A stretch of DNA of 42,764 nucleotides from assembly GCA_051893965.1 (NCBI GenBank), contig JBJFHW010000232.1, positions 1 through 42,764 on the forward strand, written 5' to 3'. Made by a program: the position numbers and the translations under genes. Positions 18,584-25,584 of this stretch are shown piece by piece. The stretch's first letter is position 1. The number at the start of each line of letters is the position of its first letter. Origin of the DNA: Acutalibacteraceae bacterium (lineage in GTDB: Bacteria > Bacillota > Clostridia > Oscillospirales > Acutalibacteraceae). The notes beneath the pieces were generated by a model that worked only from the letters and a program-made list of their open reading frames with translations, had not been told where the DNA came from and did no database searches.

Positions 18584-18778
18584 AACAATACTATGTGGAA
18601 ACAGATGTGCATTATATATAAAAGCAGAATAAGAACAGGTTATTTGAGGTGGACAATTTCGTAGCGACCACACGCCGATGGTATGACAGGGGAAACCCGA
18701 GAGATGCAGGAGAGTGCTACGCCTGCCAAATAACCGCTTATTTATAAAGCCGCCTTGAAAACAGGCGGCTTTTTCTTT
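18584..18778 (+). ncRNA. candidate small structured RNA (unassigned family), promoter-to-terminator unit of about 195 nt
   Basis: - It is bounded by the consensus promoter above and by the hairpin AGCCGCCT-tgaaaac-AGGCGGCT plus TTTTCTTT (18748-18778).
- A 9-bp closing stem, GGTTATTTG (18638-18646) / CAAATAACC (18727-18735), encloses an 80-nt GC-richer domain.
- That domain contains a GGG-GAAA-CCC hairpin and CGTAGC/GCTACG and GCAGG/CCTGC pairings. Confidence 0.4.
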
Positions 18779-18782
18779 GCTT

Positions 18783-20030
18783 TTAAAGTTTACCTCCGGT
18801 TTTTGTTTTTGCACCGGAAGAAAGCTTGACGCCCTGAAGAACGTTTGAATCAAAAGCATAGGTGATGTTTTCTTCTTCACGTTCACGCTTAAGCGAAAGC
18901 GAAATCATTTTGTCAAGCAGTTTTGCATAGGGTACACCGACAGGCTCCCACAAATAGAACGAAAGCGAGCCGGGAATGGTGTTGATTTCATTGAGCCAGA
19001 TTTCACCCGTTTCGGTGTCCATCATAAAATCAAGGCGTGAAACGCCGCTGCAGCCGAGGCACTTGAACGCTTTGACTGCAAGAGACTGAATGGTTTCTTT
19101 CTGTTCGGCAGTGATGTCGGCGGGAATTTTTCTTTTGAGTGTTGCCATTCCCTTTGAGCCGCCTTTCGTGCCTGCCTTTGCCGGAACTTTTGCGCCCTTT
19201 GCACCTTTTGCACTGCCGTCGCCGATATATTTCTGTGTGAAATCAAGAATTTCACCGCTGTTGACCGGCTCTTCACATTCCGAAGCTTCGGCGCTTTCGT
19301 AATCGCCGAGAACGGAGCAGTTGATTTCTTTCAGATGCTCAACGGCTCTTTCAACAAGCACCTTGCCTGCATAGCTGAAAGCGGTGTCAAGACTCTCCAG
19401 AAGCTCTTTTCTGTTTTTCGCTTTTGAAATTCCGATGGAGGAGCCCAAATTAATCGGCTTGACAATTGCCGGATAGCCGACAGCCTGTTCAATTTCGTCG
19501 GCAACCTTGTCGCAGTCGCTGTCATATTCCTTTGAAGTGAAGCATTTGCAGTCAAGAACAGGGATACCGTTATCTTTCAGCACGGTTTTCATCACATATT
19601 TATCCATTCCGACGGCTGAAGAAACAACATCACAGCCGACATACGGAATGTCAAGCATTTTCAGATAGCCCTGCAAAGTTCCGTCTTCCACATTTGTTCC
19701 GTGAACAACAGGAAAAGCGATGTCAATATAATCCATCACATTGTTGGAAAACTTTTTGAACGGGTATCTGATCAGCTTGACCTTGTTTTCATCTTTAACC
19801 GGAATGACGCGGGTGCTTTTTGCAAGCAGAGCTTTCAGATCGGTATAGCTTTCAATTTTGCCGATGTCTTCACCGACATAAAATTCGTTACCCTTTGTTA
19901 TGTAAATCGGGATAACGTCATATTTTTCTTTGTCAAGATAGCCGATAGCCTGAATTGCGGAAATAATTGATATTTCATGTTCAACGCTTTTTCCGCCGAA
20001 CATAACACCTAATTTGATTTTCATTTTCAT
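18783..20030 (-). CDS. ddl: D-alanine--D-alanine ligase
   Basis: ATP-grasp Ddl signatures (VMFGGKSVEHEISIISA, HGTNVEDGTLQGYL, LNEINTIPGSLSFYLW). ORF trimmed to the ATG at 20030 (or 20024), downstream of the murF stop. Confidence 0.9.
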   Translation of the reverse strand: MKMKIKLGVMFGGKSVEHEISIISAIQAIGYLDKEKYDVIPIYITKGNEFYVGEDIGKIESYTDLKALLAKSTRVIPVKDENKVKLIRYPFKKFSNNVMDYIDIAFPVVHGTNVEDGTLQGYLKMLDIPYVGCDVVSSAVGMDKYVMKTVLKDNGIPVLDCKCFTSKEYDSDCDKVADEIEQAVGYPAIVKPINLGSSIGISKAKNRKELLESLDTAFSYAGKVLVERAVEHLKEINCSVLGDYESAEASECEEPVNSGEILDFTQKYIGDGSAKGAKGAKVPAKAGTKGGSKGMATLKRKIPADITAEQKETIQSLAVKAFKCLGCSGVSRLDFMMDTETGEIWLNEINTIPGSLSFYLWEPVGVPYAKLLDKMISLSLKREREEENITYAFDSNVLQGVKLSSGAKTKTGGKL

Positions 20031-20082
20031 CGCCGTGCGCACAAACTCAAAAAAGTTTTTGCGCTGTTTCCTTTCTTTGAAA

Positions 20083-21669
20083 TCAATAATTGTCGGGCAA
20101 ATCGTTTTCAAGAAGAATGATTTTCTTTTTGCCTTTGCTGTTTAAGGTATAAACGTGCTCGAGAGCCTCATTAATTGTTGAGGCAACAAAAATTTTGCTT
20201 TCATCGTATCCTTTGTCAAGCAGACCGGCCTTGATCGGCACTGCCTGCTTTCTTCCGACAAGAACAACATAATCGGCAACGCTTGCCGCATTGGCGCCGA
20301 ATTCACGGTTGAGTTCGTCTTGCTTTTCGCCAAGTTCAACCATACCCGGCGTTACCAGAATTTTGAAGCCGTCAAAAAGGCTGAGCGCTTCAAGCGCAGC
20401 TTTTGTTCCGCTCGGATTGGAATTATACGCATCATCAATAATGGTTACACCGTTCTTTTCGGAAAGTTCAAGCCTGTGCGGCACACCTTCAAGCTTTCTG
20501 ACCTGACCTTTCAGCTCAGCAAGAGAAATTCCAAGCTGATTGCAAACTGCAATGGCGCCCACAATGTTCAGAACATTGTGTCTTCCGATAAGCCTTGTTG
20601 AATATTTTTCGGTTTCACCGTCGGGCGCTTTGACGCTGAACGAGGTTCCTCTGTCGGAAACAGAAATATCAAATGCCGTATAATCGGCGTTGCCCCCGAG
20701 ACTGTAAGTAAAGGCAGGTCTTTTGCAACCGTAGCTTCTGATGTTTTCATCGTCGCCGTTTAAAAACAGCATGCCGCCCTCGGGAAGCGCGTCTGCCAGT
20801 TCAAACTTTGTTTTTTTAACAGCATCAAGCGTTTTGAACGATTCAAGGTGTTGCGGTCCGATGGAAGTAATAATACCATGGTCCGGGTGAACGATGTCGC
20901 AAAGTTCTTTAATATCGCCGACCCATTTTGCACCCATTTCGCAAATGAAAATTTCATGCGTTGCCTTGAGCGAACCTCTTATTGTTTTCACAACGCCCAT
21001 CGGTGTGTTATAACTTTCGGGTGTCATCAGCACGTTATATTTTGCTCTTAAAAGCGTGTTGAGATAATATTTTACACTGGTTTTGCCGTAACTTCCCGTA
21101 ACGCCGATAACCGTCAGATCTTCGCACTGCGAAAGAATCTTTTTGGCGTCGTTGGTATAGTGACGGTTGATTGAAAGTTCGATCGGCTTATTAATCAGAT
21201 TGGCAAGCAAAACCGCCGCCGGTGACAGCAGATACATCAGCGAATAAACAAGGAAAATGACAGTTTGCTTTGCTCCGATTGAAAAACAGATGCCGCACGG
21301 AACTGCAACGGAAACAGCAAGTAAAATTGAAATTGTAACAAGCATACGCTTCACTCTTGCCGTATAAACAAGCGGCTTTTTTGCCTTTTTCGGTTTTTCC
21401 AAAACGCATGAAATCACAAACAAAACAATGCTCAAAGCCGCTTTCACATAAATATTCATGGAAATGAAAACAACAATCAAAAGCAAAACGGAAAGCATCA
21501 TATGAGAAAGATACCTTGCAATGTTTTCCCTCATCCATTTTGTGTGGGTATCAAAGCGATAGGAATTAAGCTGAAAAAAGTGCATCGAGTCAATGACCGA
21601 AAGCATAAAGCCTATGGCATAAAACACTGTTGAAACAGCCGTCAAGATAATTAGCAGTGTGGTTTTCAT
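20083..21669 (-). CDS. murF: Mur ligase, MurF-like (UDP-MurNAc-tripeptide--D-Ala-D-Ala ligase) with N-terminal membrane domain
   Basis: P-loop VIGVTGSYGKTS, central and C-terminal Mur ligase domains (DDAYNSNP), immediately upstream of ddl. Residues 1 to about 165 form about 5 TM helices in place of the usual soluble N-domain. Confidence 0.75.
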   Translation of the reverse strand: MKTTLLIILTAVSTVFYAIGFMLSVIDSMHFFQLNSYRFDTHTKWMRENIARYLSHMMLSVLLLIVVFISMNIYVKAALSIVLFVISCVLEKPKKAKKPLVYTARVKRMLVTISILLAVSVAVPCGICFSIGAKQTVIFLVYSLMYLLSPAAVLLANLINKPIELSINRHYTNDAKKILSQCEDLTVIGVTGSYGKTSVKYYLNTLLRAKYNVLMTPESYNTPMGVVKTIRGSLKATHEIFICEMGAKWVGDIKELCDIVHPDHGIITSIGPQHLESFKTLDAVKKTKFELADALPEGGMLFLNGDDENIRSYGCKRPAFTYSLGGNADYTAFDISVSDRGTSFSVKAPDGETEKYSTRLIGRHNVLNIVGAIAVCNQLGISLAELKGQVRKLEGVPHRLELSEKNGVTIIDDAYNSNPSGTKAALEALSLFDGFKILVTPGMVELGEKQDELNREFGANAASVADYVVLVGRKQAVPIKAGLLDKGYDESKIFVASTINEALEHVYTLNSKGKKKIILLENDLPDNY

Positions 21670-21687
21670 ATGTTTCTCTCCTGTTTC

Positions 21688-22455
21688 TCAATCAATTTTC
21701 ATAAATGAGGCAAGTACCCGGTTGAAAAGCACCTGCTGTTCAAGAAATGAATAGTGACCGGCGTTGTCAAAGCTGACCAAAGCCGCTTCGGGCATAAGCT
21801 TTTCCATTTTCTGTCCGTCCGAAAGCGGGGTTGCGTCATCGTTTTTGCCCCAGATTAAAAGCGCGGGGCATTTTACATTCGGCATATATTCGCACAAATC
21901 CTCGTTAACGACCTTGACAAGCGTCTGCCTCATAACGGGAGACGCGGCGTTATAATCGGCTGAGCCGTTTTTCTTTCTTAAATTTTCAAGCGCATCGGGA
22001 AAAAGCTTCTGCGCTGCCGTGGTGGAAAGAAGTTTCTTTCCCATTTTATATGTCTTTTGCTTGAATTTCTGCGAAGCGGTTTTTTCGGGCTTTACGCCTG
22101 CGCTGTCAACCAAAATCACCTTTTCCACTTCAAACGGCAATTTTCTTGAACAGAGTTTTATGATTACTCTGCCGCCGAAGGAATGGCCGAGAAGCGTTAT
22201 TGTTTTAAAATCGTAATTTTTCAAAAATTCAAGAATAAAGTCAACATAATCATCAACGCACCACGGCTCTTTCGGCTCGTCGCTTTCGCCGAACCCCGGC
22301 ATGTCGGGAGCAAGAACTCTGTATTTTGAAGAAAGCAGGTCGATCATGTTTTGATGAAGCGTTATATTTGAACCCCAGCCGTGCAGAATCAGAACAAGTT
22401 CACCCTGTCCCTGATCGATATAATTTATGTTAAGACCGCCTATATTGGTTTTCAA
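21688..22455 (-). CDS. alpha/beta hydrolase
   Basis: 255 aa with HGWGS oxyanion region, GHSFGG nucleophile elbow and a late His (AGHYSF). TTG start with an AGGAGG RBS. Confidence 0.8.
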   Translation of the reverse strand: MKTNIGGLNINYIDQGQGELVLILHGWGSNITLHQNMIDLLSSKYRVLAPDMPGFGESDEPKEPWCVDDYVDFILEFLKNYDFKTITLLGHSFGGRVIIKLCSRKLPFEVEKVILVDSAGVKPEKTASQKFKQKTYKMGKKLLSTTAAQKLFPDALENLRKKNGSADYNAASPVMRQTLVKVVNEDLCEYMPNVKCPALLIWGKNDDATPLSDGQKMEKLMPEAALVSFDNAGHYSFLEQQVLFNRVLASFMKID

Positions 22456-22525
22456 GGCAAAAACCTCCTAAAAATCAAAGGTGTGTTCCATTTATATGAG
22501 CAGTTTTGACCGCATAGTCTTATAT

Positions 22526-22554
22526 ATTATATCACAACAAAAGAGATATTTCCA
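22526..22554 (-). promoter_or_regulatory. candidate promoter (TGGAAA-N17-TGaTATAAT) of hydrolase-murF-ddl operon
   Basis: On the minus strand, an extended -10 is at 22534-22526 and a weak -35 is at 22554-22549. It lies between repeat element A and the hydrolase start. Confidence 0.4.
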
Positions 22555-22580
22555 CTTTTTTGCAAAATGTTTATAAAAAT

Positions 22581-22818
22581 GGAGTGTATGACAGTGTGGA
22601 GTTTGGAGGGTGGAGTGTGGAGTTATTTTAACAGAAAGTTTCTGCTCTAATTCCACAAAGTTCCTGACTGTTAAACTATAAAATGATACCTTTGTATTAT
22701 TCAGTAGCATTTTAATCGTTGGCGTTACCGCTTTGTGCGGATACGGCACGCCGTGTTAAGAATGCACAAATTTTAAAATTGGGTTAACTCCACACTCCAA
22801 ACTCCACACTCCAAACTC
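22581..22818 (+). repeat. interspersed element copy A: heptamer-iterated terminal inverted repeats flanking a 161-nt core
   Basis: The left arm (22592-22624) is CAG(TGTGGAG)(TTTGGAG)(GGTGGAG)(TGTGGAG)TT. The right arm (22786-22818) is its reverse complement, with 28 of 33 positions pairing. The element is homologous to copy B at 38908-39110. Confidence 0.8.
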
Positions 22819-22861
22819 AAAAAAGACGCCGCCTAAAAAGACAGCGCCTTGCTATACGGTT

Positions 22862-24886
22862 TTAATAAACGCTTGAAGAAGCCGTGTCAGAGGTTGCCGT
22901 GCTTGTTGTGTATGATGCATCTGTGGCGGCAGTTATGTCGGTCGCTTCGGGCTTTTCAAGCTCGTTTCTCTCAATGGACACAATATCAAGCGCACTGTCT
23001 TCGTGCCTGAACAAAAATTCAATCGAGTCGGCAGTCATCAGCCATGATGAATCATAAATCGCCTTGCCGATTCCGTTTGTGTCGGAATATACCTGCATAC
23101 TGCCGTAACCGGAGGTTGTCTGAAGCGTGCCGTATGTTGCCTGATCTTTTCCGAACAGTCTTCCGCCGCCTGCAATCCACGCATTGAAAAGGCTGTCCTG
23201 AATGGTCACATAATCTTTTCCGAGCAAATCGTCTCGCTTGACAAATTCACCGGTCTCAATTTCAAAGGTATAGCCCTCATAGGTCGTTTCCGGCAAATAA
23301 ACCTCTTCTTCCTGAACCTCGGGAACTGTTGTCTGCGTCTGACTGTAATAAGATGCCGTAGTGGTTTCACTTTCCTGGGCTTTTAATTTTTCTTTTCCTG
23401 TATAAGTGGATTTTCTTTCAAAAATTGAGATGTATCCGTCATCATTATATTTCACGGTCGCAATTACATGCGTATAAAGCGGCAGTGCATCATCGCTTCC
23501 TCCGGCAGCAAGGAAGTTTTCATATCTTTTGTCAACCTTGCTTGTGTCTGTTCTGCCTTTCAGTTCGGTAATGATTGCATCATAAATGCTGTTGATTGTG
23601 ATTGCGGTTGTTCCGTTGTTTTCAAAGCTCGGATATTCAACAACATAATTGGCATAAACTCTTCCGTCGGAAAGCTTTGCACTGAATTTTTCCTGCTTGA
23701 TTTCATAGGCAAGATGATCGCCCGTGCTTTCTTCGGTTATCCTTGCATCCAAATCATCGAAAAGCGGTTCACTCGAAAGATTTTCAAGCACCCATTTCGG
23801 TTCTTCCTGTGTACCGTCGTCAATAACCAAGAAATAAAGCTGCGATTTCGGCTCGGAAATATAGGTTCCGTTTTCGTCCTTTTGTGCGGTTTCATCATAA
23901 AGATCACAGATAACGTAAAAATCGCCGTCACTTGTGCGTTTTGATGAATTGACTTTTATAACGTCTGCATTTTGCTTCTCTTCATCAGCAACATTTTCAA
24001 AATAATATTTTCCGCCGTAATAATAGCATTCAGCCGTGTTGATATCATCATGCGCTTCAAGCCCGAGCGTTTCGGCAAGCGAAGCAATTTCGTCCGACTG
24101 CGCGTCACAGTAGCTAACGCTGCTGCTTTCAAAAACAAATCGCTTTGCCGGATCCGATGTTTCGCTTGTCGGCGTTTTTACACCGTAAAAGGTTGCATAA
24201 AGACCGTTTTCATCTGTCGGATTCATCAGATCAATCACATCGTCAAGAACAGACTTACTGCTGTCATAGCCGTTTTCATAAAGCGGCGCAAGCTTTGCAG
24301 CGTATTCTTCAAAAGATGCAATCTGTTCATCGGAAAGCTTTGACAAGGCAATCGTTCTGTTTCCTGCGGTGTTTTTGAAAATATCAGTTTTTATGCTGAC
24401 AATTGCAAGAGCCGTCATAACAATGGCACAGACACAGGCAATGATTTTGATTGCCTTGTCGGCTTTGATTGATTGCTTACTGTCTTTCGGGGCTGAAACC
24501 GCTTTTGTAATTTTGGGGCGGTTATTTGTTTCTGTTTCATGCTCTTGCGTTCTTTGAATGTTCGGCAAATCAGCCTTTTCCTGCACTGATTTTTGTGCCT
24601 GCGCCTGCGTTTCTTCCTGCGCAGATTCCTGCTGACTTTCTTCCGGCTCAGACGGTTCCTGCCCGGCTTCTGCATTTTCATTCTGTTCTTCACCGCTGAT
24701 GCTTTCGACCGTTTGCGGCGTGTTCAAAGCAGGAGTCTGTGCACTTTCGGATGAAGAATCTTTTCCGAGCTTTTCATCGTCAATATGAAGCACAAACGGC
24801 TTTTTTGTTTCATAAACAGATGCTCCGCAAAACTTGCAGAAAGTGTCGCTATCTCCGATTTCTTTCCCGCATCTTTTACATATCAT
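22862..24886 (-). CDS. zinc-ribbon / single-pass membrane protein with large extracellular domain
   Basis: 674 aa with an N-terminal CKRCGKEI...CKFCG zinc ribbon, an acidic and Gln-rich linker, one TM (IIACVCAIVMTALAIVSI) and an ectodomain of about 500 aa. AAGGAG RBS. Function unknown. Confidence 0.7.
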   Translation of the reverse strand: MICKRCGKEIGDSDTFCKFCGASVYETKKPFVLHIDDEKLGKDSSSESAQTPALNTPQTVESISGEEQNENAEAGQEPSEPEESQQESAQEETQAQAQKSVQEKADLPNIQRTQEHETETNNRPKITKAVSAPKDSKQSIKADKAIKIIACVCAIVMTALAIVSIKTDIFKNTAGNRTIALSKLSDEQIASFEEYAAKLAPLYENGYDSSKSVLDDVIDLMNPTDENGLYATFYGVKTPTSETSDPAKRFVFESSSVSYCDAQSDEIASLAETLGLEAHDDINTAECYYYGGKYYFENVADEEKQNADVIKVNSSKRTSDGDFYVICDLYDETAQKDENGTYISEPKSQLYFLVIDDGTQEEPKWVLENLSSEPLFDDLDARITEESTGDHLAYEIKQEKFSAKLSDGRVYANYVVEYPSFENNGTTAITINSIYDAIITELKGRTDTSKVDKRYENFLAAGGSDDALPLYTHVIATVKYNDDGYISIFERKSTYTGKEKLKAQESETTTASYYSQTQTTVPEVQEEEVYLPETTYEGYTFEIETGEFVKRDDLLGKDYVTIQDSLFNAWIAGGGRLFGKDQATYGTLQTTSGYGSMQVYSDTNGIGKAIYDSSWLMTADSIEFLFRHEDSALDIVSIERNELEKPEATDITAATDASYTTSTATSDTASSSVY

Positions 24887-24903
24887 AAGCTTTTCTCCTT
24901 TGT

Positions 24904-25584
24904 TTAAACGTAGTCGAGAACCTGTCGTATATCCTCAATTTCTGCGGCGACGCCTTGTTTGCCAAGACCTTTGCCTTTAAAATCGCCGTAATTCATTCTA
25001 ATAACCTGCATATCGGCGCCGAGCGCGCCTTCAATGTCATTTATCGGGTGATCGCCGACAAAAAGGGCTTCTTCGTTTCTGATTCCGGCGCGTCTGACCG
25101 CTTCGTCAAAAATTCGCCTGTCGGGCTTATAGATTCCGATGTCACCGGAAACCACAACAACATCAAAAAGCTCTCTGATTCCGGCCGTGTCAAGCTTGAT
25201 GTTCTGCAAAGACGAAACACCGTTTGTAATCGCGCCGAGAATATAGCCTCTTTTTTTAATTTCTTTGAGAACTTCAATTGCGCCCGGAAGCATGACAACA
25301 TGCTTTCCGAAATCAATGTTAAACGAATCATAAAGTTCCTGCATCGGCGGGTGATTTTGCCAGTTCCAAAGCGCAATCATTTCGGGGAAATAGACTTCCC
25401 TGTCTTTATAGCCGCCGTCAACGTGTTCTTCCATTTCGTCAAGCTTTTGCAGTCTTTCTTCTTCGCTGATATTCGGAAAATATTTGCTCAGAAAGTCTTC
25501 GCAATAAAGCCTGTAAGCACCTTTTCTGCTTTGCAGTGTGTCATCGAAATCAAAAAATACACCCTTAACCTTTAATTTACTCAT
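24904..25584 (-). CDS. HAD family hydrolase (phosphatase-type)
   Basis: Motif I FFDFDDTL, motif II TNG, motif IV GDHPINDIEGA. The start overlaps the ribF stop (ATGA). Confidence 0.85.
   Translation of the reverse strand: MSKLKVKGVFFDFDDTLQSRKGAYRLYCEDFLSKYFPNISEEERLQKLDEMEEHVDGGYKDREVYFPEMIALWNWQNHPPMQELYDSFNIDFGKHVVMLPGAIEVLKEIKKRGYILGAITNGVSSLQNIKLDTAGIRELFDVVVVSGDIGIYKPDRRIFDEAVRRAGIRNEEALFVGDHPINDIEGALGADMQVIRMNYGDFKGKGLGKQGVAAEIEDIRQVLDYV

Noticed and set aside
18593-18664. 23-codon ORF (MWKQMCIIYKSRIRTGYLRWTIS) inside the candidate sRNA, considered as a type I toxin or leader peptide
   Set aside because: There is no Shine-Dalgarno sequence, the peptide is not hydrophobic, and the ORF ends inside the structured domain. 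Its coding potential is unconvincing.
18647-18726. Assignment of the stem-closed RNA domain to a known riboswitch or RNA family
   Set aside because: By eye I compared it with the conserved cores of TPP, glycine, c-di-GMP I/II, c-di-AMP (ydaO), ykkC/guanidine, fluoride, THF, preQ1, yybP-ykoY, M-box, ZTP, SRP and 6S. Only short chance similarities such as CCGAGAG and GCCGATGG were found. It is left unassigned rather than named.
14351-21669. Van-type glycopeptide-resistance cluster (two-component system plus ddl plus murF)
   Set aside because: - There are no vanH or vanX/vanY homologs.
- The two-component system is separated from ddl by two terminators, a small gene and an orphan promoter.
- Ddl retains the xKY motif expected of D-Ala-D-Ala ligases.
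- The arrangement is most simply housekeeping murF-ddl.
22592-22624. Heptamer arrays as a CRISPR-like or coding tandem repeat
   Set aside because: The units are 7 nt with no spacers, each array has only four units, and the arrays are mirrored as inverted repeats. This is not CRISPR architecture, and the reading frames are not conserved between copies.
22492-22749. 85-aa minus-strand ORF running through repeat element A
   Set aside because: It translates the heptamer arm and the AT-rich core, and no equivalent frame is open in copy B. It has no RBS and is an artefact of the repeat.
22625-22785. Internal outward-facing promoter in element A that would make it an invertible promoter for the hydrolase-murF-ddl operon
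   Set aside because: I found no conserved -35/-10 pair shared by both copies on either strand. The operon has its own extended -10 promoter outside the element (22526-22554). Inversion remains testable but is not supported by promoter content.
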